Origin: Azolla caroliniana
Lineage: Eukaryota; Plantae; Polypodiophyta
Length of the DNA: 64,000 nucleotides
NCBI GenBank assembly: GCA_043228905.1
Contig: JBHGNT010000022.1
Span: forward strand, 4,278,001-4,342,000
Direction of reading: 5' to 3'
Made by a program: the position numbers and the translations under genes. How positions within the stretch are numbered: position 1 is the first letter of the stretch; each line of letters starts with the position of its first letter. Under the pieces are notes generated by a model, which was not told the DNA's origin, did not search any database, and saw nothing but the letters and a program-made list of their open reading frames with translations. Shown in pieces: positions 36,346 through 49,000 of the stretch.

Positions 36346-39300
36346 GATCCTCGCCTCGATGGAAAAAGCCCCAAATCACCACAACATAAACTGCAATCGA
36401 TGGAAGTAAGAAAGTCGTTGTCGAAGAAGTCACTATTGGCTGTTATAAGAGGCCTCAGAACAGTCTTTGTTCCTCAACCTAAACCCTAACAAAAACAGAA
36501 ACCCTAAAAAAACCAGAAATCCTCAACTCAAAAGCTCCAACTTGACATGGATGTCTGAGATTTGCTCCCTAAACCCTAACAAAACTCTTAGATTGGAGGA
36601 AAAGCAGAAACGTGACATGGATGTATGAGATGAAGAGCTCAGAGGGATAGAGGAAGAGGAGTATGAGGGGAACCGCCAAAATTGACGTGAGGGGAAAATA
36701 GCCCCCAAAATGGAAAGAACATCTCCTCACATGTTCCCCCCACTCCTTGTAGTAAATGACACTTGTACTACAGTCACCGCACTCTCCAAAATCGATTTTT
36801 TTTTTCTCTGATTTTTTTTCTGAATTATTCAATACTAACAGTATCAAAAGTACTGACAATTTTTGTGGCCAAAAACAGTACTTTTCTGGTACACCGTAGC
36901 GTGCTTCCACCCGGAATCGCTTCGTATGTAGAGGGAATTGTTCGATTTTGACATACGGAAGCCGATTTGATGAAGATATTGCGTTATCTTCGAATGCCAA
37001 GTACGCATTGCCTGCTTGAGGCTGTAGAGTGGCTTCTTGAGTCGGCATACAACTTTTAGATGGGTGCTCAAGTTAAAGCTGGGTGGTTGTATCATGTGCA
37101 CCTCCTCTTCTAATAAGCTTTGTAGAAAGGCATTCTTGACGTCCATTTGATGGAGGTGCCACCCTTTCGCCGCGGCAAGCGCAATTACGGTCCGTACCGT
37201 CGTCATCTTTGCCACCGGGGCAAAGGTCTCTTTGTAGTCGACGCCATGTGTCTGAGCGTATCCTTTCGCTACAAGTCGAGCTTTGTAGCGGTTTATGGAA
37301 CCATCGGCGTTATACTTCACCTTGTAGATCCATCTGCACCTGATCGCCTTCTTGTGCGGTGAGTGGGGAACGAGATCCCATGTCTCGTTCTTGCGTAATG
37401 CACGCATCTCCTCGTTCATTGCTTCGATCCATCTTGGGTCCTTCACGGCTGCAGAAAAGGTTTCTGACTCCCGTACTGTTGCTACCTTCATCATAAAGGC
37501 GTAATGGTACGCCATATAATCGTTGTAGCCGAATCGGCTTATGCGGTTCTTTTCACGAGTGGATCGGCGGAGCTTTTCATTTGCAGAGATGAGGGCTTTC
37601 TTAGCTCCGATTGGTACATCGAAGCCACCGAACTCACTGTCGAGTGAGGGAGTCGACTCATCGTCGTCGAAGCGATCATCTTCGTATTCCGCTATTTTTT
37701 CCTTGCCTTTGTCCAACTTCGGGCTAGGCCATGATGTGCTTTGATCGCTCAAAGGCTCTGGTGGTCTGCTCAGTCAGGTCGTGATCGGACTTTCTTCGAA
37801 TATGCGCGTAAGGAGATCTTCATCCTCTATCTCATGTTCAGCGGATTCCGGGTCGAGTGGAGTTGGAGTCGAAGTTGTCTCTGGTGCGTACCAAGATGCG
37901 GACTTGTCAAAAACGACGTCTCGACTTACTCGAGATTTTCGAGTTGAGGGGTTGTAGCATTTGTACCCCTTTTGGTCCAATCATATGAGTATCCTACAAG
38001 GATACATCTCTCCAACTTCGGGTCAAGCTTTTGATGCTTCTTGTTGGGGATGTGCACGTACGCTATCGCGCCGAATATCCGGATGTGCGATAAGTCTGGC
38101 TTCTTTCCGAAGTATTTTTCATGCGGAGTGACCTCGTGCACGCCGGATGTTGTGCACCGGTTCATTAGGTAGATGGCCGTATTTGCAGCTTCGGCCCAAT
38201 ATGACTTGGGCATATGCTTCTCGTTCATCATAGCCCGCGCTACTTCGAGGATGTGCCGATTTTTGTGCTCAGCTACTCCATTTTGTTGCAGAGTGTGTCA
38301 ACAAGTGAATTCTCGCTGAATTCCTTCCTTTCAGAGATACGCCGTGAAATCGTCCGAGAAGTACTCCTTGCCGCCATCCGGTCGAAGACATCTTACATGT
38401 CGGCCCGTGGCTTTCTCGACTTCATTCTTGAAATTTTGGAAGTGTCCAAACACTTTGCTCTTTTGCCGCATCGGGTAGATCCAAGTGTGCCTAGAGAAGT
38501 CGTCGATGAAGAGCACGTAATATCGGCATCCGCCGAATGTAGCCATTTGCACCGGTCCCCATACGTCGGAATGGACTACATTGAGTAGACCTTTGCTTAC
38601 GTTCCACTCTTTCGGGAATGGCTGTCGGTGTTGCTTGCCGAATTGGCACGCTTCGCATACATCTTCAATCTCCTTCTCTTTGAATGTCGGGAGTCCGATG
38701 ACGACTCCTTTCGATTTCATTGCTTTGAGTTTGTTGAGATTGATGTGGCCGATTCCCTTGTGCCATAGCTCTATGTCGGAGTCGGCTTCCGTGCTTTTTG
38801 CGAACATGGCGGATTTCATCTCGTGTGAATCGAGAATGAACATCCAGCCCTCTCTTCTTCCGCGCGCGATGATTCAGACCTCTTTTTCGATGAAGCACCC
38901 TTCTTGGTCAAATCGTACTTGTATCCCTTGCTCAACCATTTGGCTAACCGAGACCAAATTCTTCGTGATGGTGGGAACATGCAAGACATTTTTAATGTAT
39001 GTTTGCTTACCTCTTTCGCCGAACAGAACATTGCCGATGTGCCGAATCGGTTGCGTAGTGTCATCTCTGGTTTTGACATAACCGGGTCACTCTGACTCTC
39101 GAAGTTCAAGAAATCATTCTTTATGAGATATCATATGGTTTGAGGCTCTGGAGTCAAGAAACCATACGTCCTCCGGATTGAGGGCACTAGTTGAGGTAGA
39201 GGCACGGTCGGAGTTGTGTGCATACATTCCGCCACGATCTTCGTAGTCGGAGTTGTGCCCATACATTCCGCTATACTCTTCATAGTTGGAATTGTGAGCG

Positions 39301-42300
39301 TAATTCGTGAGTTGTTGGCTTATGGAAGCCGATTCACGCATCTTCTTTCGGCACTCTTCTTCGTGGTGGCCGAGCTTTCCGCAATATCCGCATTCAGTTG
39401 CATTTTGATGGCTCGGGCCAGAGTGGAAGCTCCCCCTTCTTGCGGAGCTTCCTCGTTGGCTTCTGTTTTGCGGCCGAAATTGGGAGTTGTTGTCGTAGGT
39501 CGGACCTCGTCCGCCTTATCCTGGGCTGAATCGGCCTCTCGCTCGTCCGTGTCCTCTTCCTCCGTTCGAGTGCGTGTAGAGCATGTGGGCTTCCGACTCA
39601 TTGCTCCTTGTACGCACGTGATTTTCTTCGACCAATAGCATTGATTGGAGCTCAAAGAAGGAGGGAGATTTCTCCCTTGCTACGGCAGTTCGCATCACAC
39701 CGAACCATGGTGCAAGGCCGCCGAGGCATATTTGCACCATCTCATCATCATCGATATTTACGCTTATCGAGCCAAGCGAGTCGCAAAGCTCCTTGATCTT
39801 CAAGGTGTATGTCGCGATGCACATGTCCCTTTGTTGAATGTTGTTCAACTTTTGGCGGAGTTGAAGCCTTCTTGCAGTTGTGTTCGCCGCGAAAATCTTT
39901 CGTAGATTTTCCCATGCCTCCTTGGGCGTCTTGGCCTCGTGATTGTAGCCAAGCATGTGATCGTGAACACATGTCGCTAAGAAATATATCACACGGCTTG
40001 CGGCTTGCTCCCATGTTGCGTATCCGGGAGCTGTTTCGATGGGTTGGTCTTCGTGCGCTCCTTTGATGTAGCTCCAATAGCCTTGTCCGACAAGGTATTG
40101 GTGCATCTTGTACTCCCAAGATGCAAAGTTTTTTTGATCCAACTTCTCGGTAGGGAGAGCGCTCCCCATTTGAGTATTCATTATGTTGATTCTTCTTCTT
40201 CTTCTTCTTCTCTCTTCGAATGCTAGCTATGTAGCGAAGCTACAATAGCGATGAGCCGGTTCTTGGTCGTCGCTGTGGAGCACAACACACGATCACGATG
40301 AGGCGAGTGGGCTAGATCGAGCTACCAAATCGCTCTAATACCATGTAAAGAATCAAGAGATGGATTCTGTGCAGTGGAATAGATATGAACTGTGTGTGTG
40401 TATGAGAGAGAGAGACGAGGAGTAAGACACAAAGAATATGCAAGGTAAAAGTATATTAACAAAGGAGAAAGATTCAACGTTATACTTGGTGGGAGGAGGG
40501 TGCTTTATATAGTCACCCTCTCTCTTCATTAACTACAAGACTCATGGAGCATGGGGAATGTGAAAGCTCATAAGTTATGTGTCATAGGATATGATTCTAT
40601 GACTCCTACTAAATGCTAGAATACAAAGTGGTGACCTAATGGTGACTCTTGATTGTTGGAGTGTCTATTCACTCTCAAGGTGAGTTCACACACTAGACCA
40701 AGTTGAGCTTGATTCTCAAAAGAAATTGACTACCGAAAGCGACCGGCAGCAGGAAAAGTGCAGAGAACTCTGGGAGGAAGTTAAAGGGAGTCAAACAAGC
40801 GAAACAACTAGCGGCAGCAGCGAAAGAGTGACTGGACCTGCAAGTGTAGCACCATGTGGAAATGGAGCGCGCTACAATGACTCTGAATAGAGTTCAAACG
40901 ACATATCAGACCTAACTCATGCACTACAGAAGCCAAGAAGTGGCAACCGCAAGCCTGATCAAACAATGGAAGGACGAAAAACAGGCCGCAGAAAACAAGT
41001 CGAAGATAGGGTTGGGGCGGATCCGGGACATCGTATTGGCATGGAGGAATCGAATGCGGCAATTGGTGGAAGAAAGCTCAGTACAATGGTGGTCGAAGTG
41101 GGCTCATGCGGGCAGATGTGGAAAACCGGTGGAAAGACAGCGACAAAGTTTACATCCTGGATAAAGAAAGCATTGAAGCAATAAAAGAGGAACTAGCGGA
41201 TGATTTCATATCCTTGGCTGATGAGCAAAGGGTGGTGGTACACCAGTTGGTGGCACAGTTGTATGATGATCAGTTGGACAACCAACTCCACTTTGAGAAG
41301 TACGAACAGGAACGACGACGGCAAGGAGTGGCTAAGAAAACTGCGGCGATTAGCATAAGTGATGAGGAGCCATTTTAAGAGCAAACACCGGTTAAAGCCG
41401 GGGAAAGCCAACTAGAGAGTACTCAGGAGGAGCCGGTAGAGGAAGGTCGTCCGCAAGAACCGGTGCACGCCGGACAGCAGAGCCAGGAGATGCCAAGGCC
41501 GGTTGAGCCGGAAAAGGAGGAAGAGTTGGTAAGACCAATCAAGCTGGAAATGGAGAAAGAGCCGGTCAGACCGACAGAGCCACAGGCAACAGACGTCAAC
41601 CAGCAGCAGCCACAGCCGGAGCCGGAGCGGCAAGAAGAGCAACCACAGCTACAAGAACAATAGCAGCAACAGACTACAGAATAGCTTCCCGAAGAACCAT
41701 TGGAACCCTTAGATCAGAGCCTTTTGGACATTTTGGAAGGATGAATGAAGGCCGGATCGTGGGATTCGACGTACAAGGTACTATCCCATGGGCGTGCCAT
41801 ATGTTAGCCGACCACAAAGGGTAGTCTAGAATGGGAAACGTGGGGATAATTAATAACCGGGAGCTCATTATATATTTATTATTATGATTTGAGAAGCGAA
41901 CGGACGGACACAGAATCGGTATGCCGATCCGGATCCAGACCGGTTCGTAGCCAGTTGCCGGTTGGCACCGGTTTGTACCTAAAGTCGGAGACCTATAAAG
42001 GGATCTGGTTAGATTGTAATCATTAGCGGATAATTAATGGAGTGTTGTTGTTCGGTATTTAATCATTGTTAATTACCGTTCTGTGCTAAGTTTAATTTAT
42101 CCTACGCGTGTATTGTGACTAATGATCTTGCTGCTTAATAACCAATTAGGGTTCCATTAATAGTCGGTCTAACTTTATCTCACCGCAACACCCTTTGGTG
42201 AAGTGTCTCAAGGGACACCCTGTGTTAGGCCATTGTCCGGCCCTAGCGATAACAATCCCGAACTTGTATAACAAGTTGAGAATGTAGTGTCGTTGGGAGA

Positions 42301-42771
42301 TCATAATCCCAGTTGGAGTTCGAATTACCTCGATGCCATGGAAGTAGTGGAGCTCCTTGCCGAATTGGCATGCTCCACATAATCCTTCAATCTATTTCTC
42401 TTTGAGGGTCGGGAGCCCAATGACAACTCCTTTCGATTGCATCGCCTTGAGTTTATTGAGATTGATATGGACGATTCTTTTATGCCACTGCTCAATGTCG
42501 GTGTCAGATTTGAGGCCCTTTGCGTACATGGACGATTTCACCTCATTGAACTCGAGGATAAACATTCTACCTTCCCTTCGACCCTGAGCGATGAGTCGGC
42601 CTTCCTTCTCGATGAAGCAACCACCTTGGTTGAATCAAACTTGCATCCCTTGCTCCACTATTTGGCCAACCGAGACCAAATTCTTCGTTATCGTGAGTAC
42701 ATGTAATACATTTTTGATGCAAGTTTGTTCGCCGTCTTCCCTGAATGGGACATTGCCAATATGTCGAATAG

Positions 42772-43223
42772 TGTAAAAAGAATAGTCTGCGGAAGCAATA
42801 GAAAACCGAACACAGAAACGCAGGTTTAACGGAGAGAGTACACAGTACTCAAGAGAGACAAAGAGAGAGACAAAGAGAGAATGCACACAAACTCAATTAA
42901 AAAATAATACTCAATCTGTACATAGGATGTGCTCAGTGAGCACCTTTATACAAGTCCATACGGATTGACAAAAGTACTGACACGTACTTCAATGCTTAAT
43001 AAGTGAGCTCTACACTAACTCCCAAAATATATTCCTACTCGGAATATATCTTTCCAACGGCCTCATGGTGTACACACCACTACGGCTTCTCGTTGCGCAC
43101 CGGTTTGCACACTGGTTTACACACCCGGTTTATGCACCGGTTCGGCCTAACCGATCGATCCCAACCGATCCAGTTCTTGGCTTGCACAGCCGATCTGGCC
43201 AATGTTGAGCTTGTATCTCAACA
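42772..43223 (-). mobile_element. Solo LTR related to the Copia B LTRs
   Basis: TGTAAAAAG...CTCAACA, TSD AATAG on both sides, similar to 15462-15895. Confidence 0.88.
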
Positions 43224-44479
43224 AATAGGATGAGTGGTCTCATCTCCGGTCTCGACATAACCGGGTCGATCTCGCTCTCGTGAGTCTAGGAACCATTCTT
43301 GACGGGACATCATATGGTTCGAAGCACCGGAGTCGACGAACCATACATCTTAAGGATTGGAGGCATTAGTTGAAGTAGAGGCCGACATAGAATTTTCTCT
43401 ATGTCTCATCACGAACATTCCACCAAGGTCTTCATAATTGGAGTTAGTGGCATAATTTGTGAGTTGTTGGCTTGTGGAAGCTGACTCGTGCTTCTTCTTC
43501 CGACACTCTTCTTCATGATGGCCGATTTTTCCGCAATATCTGCACTTGATCGAGTTTTGTCGACTCGAACCGGAATGGAAGCTCCCCTTTCTTCCGAAGG
43601 TTCCTCGATGGCTTCCGTCTTGTTGCTGAAATTGGGAGTTGTTGTCATAAGTTGGACCTTTTCCGCCGCCTCGTCCTTGGCCGAATCGGCCTCTTGCTCG
43701 GCCGCGTCCTCTTCCTCCATTCAAATGCGTGTAGAGAATGTGGCCGTCCAAGGCATTGCTCCTTGTTCGAACATGATTGTTATGTACACATAACGTTGGT
43801 GAGGGTAGGTCACTAATATTTACATTAGTGAAGGGTATGTTCACTATTATTAAAAAGGGGACTAATGATTGGATAGAATGAATGATATGTGCATGCACTA
43901 TCATGATTTAGACAACCAATGAATAGAGAGCCTTTTAGAAAGGCACATCTATTCAAGGGGCCTAGGAAAAGGTATAAATATGAGGCTTAGCTACCCTCAT
44001 AGAGAGCACGTCGGAAGGCTGTTGTCGTAGACACCGGTGGTGCGGGCTAGGCTTTCGTCTCGACGATCGTGTTTATCTCTTCCAAGGTATTAGTCATCCT
44101 AATATCCGGCAGTATGGGACGTCGGTGGTAGGTTGGCTATGTCTAGATCATAGCTCGGGGGTGGTTGGGTGGAACAGGTTCTTCTATCCAATCTATTTTC
44201 TTCCTTTTTACTTGATTTGGTCTATTGATTAGTAATAGACTCTTAACAGTGGTATCAGAGCTTTTACTAACAATTTTTTTGTTGTTTTGATGTTTTTTGC
44301 GTGTGAGCGAGGGGGATCTAACAAGGCTCGTCATGCTCTTCTCAGGATCAAAACAACACTCTAAACCCGGTATTCTTCTTTTTTGATCTCTTCTCTTTTT
44401 CTATTATGCGTTCTTTATGGTCGAATCAAATTGGTATTACGTTTTATTCTCTTTCTTTCTACCTCCTACTACGCTACGA

Positions 44480-45020
44480 TTTTACTTATTATTATGCATC
44501 GGGCCAAGCGTGTTTGCACTAATCGCACACGCTCAACTCATGGCCTTTTGCATATTGCGATATATATCCCACTCTCTCCTCTCTTGAACTCTTACGATAA
44601 TAATTATTCTTGTGCATTGGGTCGAGCGTGTTTGCTCTAATCGCACACGCTTATCTCATGGCCGTTTTGCATATGATGTTGAGTATACCACTCTTCCCCT
44701 CTATTGAGCCATCACTTGGCCAATTCTAAGGGATGATGTGGCCTTGACGAGGTGTATGTTGCCTACCTATGCCACTCTACTCTCTATTAAGCCATCAATT
44801 GGCCGATTCTATGGGATGTTGTGGCCTTGACAAGGTATATGTAGCTTACATATGCCACTTTCCTTTTTAATTAGCCATCAATTGGCCGATTCTAAGGGAT
44901 GATGTGGCCTTGACGAGGTATATGTCACTTACCTATGCCAGTTTCCTCTTTAATTAGCCATTACTTGGCCGATTCTAGGGATATGTGGTGGTCTTCAGGA
45001 GGTGCATGTCAACTACCCTA
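44480..45020. repeat. Tandem repeats in the long 5' leader of the Gypsy element
   Basis: Repeated TTGGCCGATTCTAAGGGATGATGTGGCCTTGACGAGGT (~84-bp period) and a duplicated AATCGCACACGC block. Confidence 0.75.
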
Positions 45021-46002
45021 GGGTTTCGTATCTTAGGGCATGTTTGATTCCATACACCTAATTGTTGATTATTCTAATTAAATTTTAATTTCATAAGTAT
45101 TGTTTCACTTATATGATTTTCTAGTAATTATTATTTACCCGCCCACAATTAACTCTCCTTTTTCCACTTCCTTTTCATGTATAAAGTATTTACATCGTTT
45201 AATTTTAATGTAACCTTTACGTGTAGACTATTTTTTCGTATGGAGTGGCTTGTTGAACGATTTTTTTTTCAACAGGTCATCTAGGTTTAACTCTTATCAT
45301 CAAGCCTTAGAAAACGAGTAAAACCATATGAGTTCCCTTATTGATGTTTTACTCATGGATTTGAGTATTACATCTTTGCGCACAACACCGTCATCACTTG
45401 TATCAATTTGTGGCTTATGTCACAATTGTGCAAGTTATAACAATCATATTGGGATGTATATGTGCATACCTTGCACTTCCCATTTATTTGTGACATTGTT
45501 TTTTTCGTAGGTAACACATGGGTTCTTTTTTTTTACCCTTGTTTTCGTCACTACTTAACTCTTATGAGTAGTGCCTTATTTTATCATTTTATCATCACGT
45601 TTGCTTATTGCTCGCAAGACTAGAATATTACTTGTGAGTGCACTTGTTTTTTCACGTAATACACTTTCTCGACCATATAATACATGATGGGTTGGCATTA
45701 ATATAAGGCTATCTAGGAAATTTCATTGATGTAAGAACCATGGTTGAGCCTCGGGGAGCCGCCATGATTACTCAAGATAGAGATCCGAGAAATACATCTT
45801 AGCTATGTTTTCCCCCATGGTTTTTAAAACACCATAGTGTTACCATAGTTATCGGATCTCGAATCACATCTCATATGTCTAGAGGGGTAAAGACATGAGA
45901 TACTTTCTTGGATAAAGTTCTTTCAATCAAAATTTCAAGCATTCATTTTGCTTGTGTATTTTCTGAACCTCCTTATTTTATTGCATACCCACAGCGTGCA
46001 TC

Positions 46003-49000
46003 ATGGAACAAGTTTTGAACGCAGTTGGAACGATCTCTCCAAATGAGACCTCTCAACCCCAATCCGCATCTCGCACACAAGCTGAGATCACTATTGAGCA
46101 ATTGCTCACTACTACCTTGAATCAATTGGCCGAAATGAGACAGGCCAATATGGCATTGGAAAAGAAATTCCAAGAATTAACTATTGAGTCCAAGAAAGAA
46201 GGTGAACCTTCCTTCGTAGTCACGCCTTTCAAGGGAGATAAGAAAGAAAGAACCGAGGAGGCTATTAGCACTTGGCTTGGTCGTTGGGAGTCTCACTTTG
46301 AGCTTCATCCCAAGCCCGATGCAGTAAAAATTGGTTATGTCGGTCGTGAGTTAGGTGGCCGAGCTGCTGCTTGGTGGCGTGGCCTAAGGACCGCAAAAAA
46401 CTTACCCACAACTTGGGAAGGTTTCGTTGATGTTTTTAAGAAACAATTCTTGCAGCCACCTTCTCAAACCGAACAAGCGCAACACTTGCTCACATTGTCT
46501 AGTAAGCCATTTACCTCTCTCGAGGATTATGTGCATCACGCTCGGACCCAGATCCAAAAATCGGGACTTACGGGTGAGAAATGGTTTGTCGCTTGTTTTT
46601 TGAATGGTATTCCCAATGGGGATTATCATTGGATTGTCCATGACAAGGACCCCACAACTTTCGAGGAAGCCGTCAACATTGTGTTGCGATACCATAGGAC
46701 TTCCAAGAAAGACCACAATAAACCTGAGTTCGCCAAAACTCCGAATGTCAAGTTCATTGGGAAACGTAAGCAATCCAGTGACACTCTTGACCGCGACTCA
46801 AAGAAACCGAACCTCTTCTGTGCATATTGCAAGAAGCGGGGCCACACAAAGGATACCTGTCGTCGTCTTGAGAGGAAGTCAATGAACACCCCTCCTCAAG
46901 ACAAATCTACGAGTCACACAGGTGAGTCTTTTGATATTGTTGAAGTTCATACCAATCACTTAAGTTTATGTGAATGCACTTTTCCTTCACATTTACTTGG
47001 ACCTAATGATTTACTCCGAGCAGTCGGATATATCAATGGAACACAAGCACATTTCTTGTTTGATTCCGGTAGTTCTCACAATTTTCTTAATGATCACTTT
47101 GTGCAGCAAATGGAGCTCCACATAAACGCAAGTGATCATATCTATCAAGTTCACATGGCAAATGGAAACGTTCAATACATCAGTGGCATTGTTTGTCAAC
47201 TGCCAATTCAAATAGATACTTATTTGGAGAAGCTTGACTTTCATGTTATGAAATTACAATCCGCAGATGTCATTTTAGGATATCCTTGGTTTTTTAATAA
47301 AAACCCTTCTTTGTCCATTGATTGGGTTAATCACTCAATCACATTTGAACTTAATAATTGTAAACATTTTATTCAATGTTCCAAACTTCCTTCTCATTCA
47401 CTTGTGTCTTCTAAATCTTTAAGTGAGTATTCTAGTTCATTAATTTATTCGTGTGTAATTGATCCTGCGGTTCAATTTTATTATTTTAATATTGACGCCA
47501 CACAATTACCACATTTTGAGCAACGATTACTCGACTCTATTTTAGAGGATTTTCAAGATGTGTTTCCTACTGAATTACCGCTTACTTTACCACCTAAACG
47601 TAATGTGGACCATCAAATTGAACTCATCCCTGGGGCTGCTCCTGTGAGCATTCCACCTTACCGACTTAGTCGATTAGAAGAGGATGAGATCGCTAAACAA
47701 CTTAAGGAATACTTGAGTATGGGCCACATTAGGTATAGTAAATCACCTTGGGGTGCGCCAGTTCTATTAGTCAAGAAGAAGGAAGGTTCGTGGCGAATGT
47801 GTATCAATTATCGCCGTTTGAATAAAATGACAATTAAGAATGCATATCCATTACCTCGTGCCGATGATTTGATTGATCGTTTGCACGGGGCTCGATATTT
47901 TACGAAAATTGACTTACAAACTGGTTATCATCAGATTCGCATCGCCGAGGATGATATTCCTAAAACCGCTTTTCGTACGCGCTATGGCCATTATGAGTTT
48001 TTAGTCATGCCATTTGGGTTGACTAATGCTCCAGCCACATTCCAACAAGCGATGAATGATGTTTTCCGAGATCAACTCGGTGATTTTGTTGTCGTCTTCT
48101 TGGATGATATTTTGATATATAGCCGTACCTTGCAAGATCATGTTCAACATGTTCGATTTGTTTTGCGAAAGTTGCGTGACAACTCTTTCTATGCAAAACA
48201 TTCAAAATGTGACTTCTTCCAAAAATCTATTGTGTACCTAGGTCATTTAATTACAGAAAATGGCGTTGAAATTGAACCTTCTCGTATTGAAAAGGTTAAA
48301 CTTTGGCCCATTCCTCGTAATATTCGTGAACTTAGATCATTCTTAGGGTTTGTTGGATTTTTACGAAAATCAATTCGTAACTATTCCAAATTGACTACGC
48401 CATTAACTGACCTTTTAAAAGGTCATCCACGTAAGTCTGTCAAACCAATTTCATGGAATGAACAACTTGACAAATCATTTGAGACACTCAAGGAGCATGT
48501 GTGTCAGGCTCCCACTCTTCTATTACCAGACCATTCTAAGCCTTTCTCAATTGAAACCGATGCTAATGATTATGCTATTGGTGCCGTTCTTTATCAAGGT
48601 GGTCACCCTATTGCTTTTGAAAGTAAGAAGCTTGATGTTGCTCAATCTCGGTATTCGGTTCAAGAGAAAGAGTTGTTTGCGGTGATACACGCACTTAAAA
48701 CATGGAGGCACTATCTCTATGGAAATAAATTTGTGGTTACAACAGACCATCAATCATTAAAGTATTTTTGTGACCAGCCCGATCTTGTTGGTCGTAAAGG
48801 CCGTTGGGCTGACCTTATGCAAGATTTTGATTTTTCCATACGATATCGCAAGGGTTCTATGAACACCGTTGCTGATGCTCTTAGTCGCATTAAAGAAGTT
48901 AACATGCTTAGCTTCAAGGAAATAAAATCTGATCTTTTAGATCACCTTCGAGGGAAATACCTTGATGACAGTTATTTCTCAAAATACTGGACGAAAGCCG

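Larger units (their letters stand above)
21683..36912 (-). mobile_element. Sola2-type DNA transposon, element 2 (complete, 15.2 kb including nested inserts)
   Basis: TIRs GGGTCGAAGCATGCTACGGTGTACCA (21683-21708) and 36887-36912 match at 24/26. 4-bp TSD GGAA (21679-82, 36913-16). Removing the element restores Copia RT SLYIRSDSASPIVIILYVDD. Confidence 0.92.
15333..40721 (-). mobile_element. Copia LTR retrotransposon A (degenerate; interrupted by Copia B and Sola2 element 2)
   Basis: 5' LTR 40344-40721; 3' LTR 15333-20404 (split). TSD GAAAT. PBS TGGTATTAGAGC 40343-40332; PPT next to 20405. gag ~40181-39300, integrase ~38843-37926, RT 37752-36913 continuing at 21682-21370, RNase H to 20668. Confidence 0.9.
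10950..42254 (+). mobile_element. Decayed LTR element 3' portion carrying an extra coiled-coil ORF; hosts Copia A and a solo LTR
   Basis: Frameshifted ORF pieces at 11059-15332 resume at 40722 across the GAAAT TSD. A purine tract GGGAAACGTGGGGATAA precedes an LTR-like segment ~41850-42254 that ends in AACA and abuts Copia RT sequence. The left boundary is uncertain. Confidence 0.55.

Noticed and set aside
35555-36433. Repeated ~110-aa ORFs
   Set aside because: They arise from the 181-bp tandem repeat in non-coding sequence upstream of the transposase.
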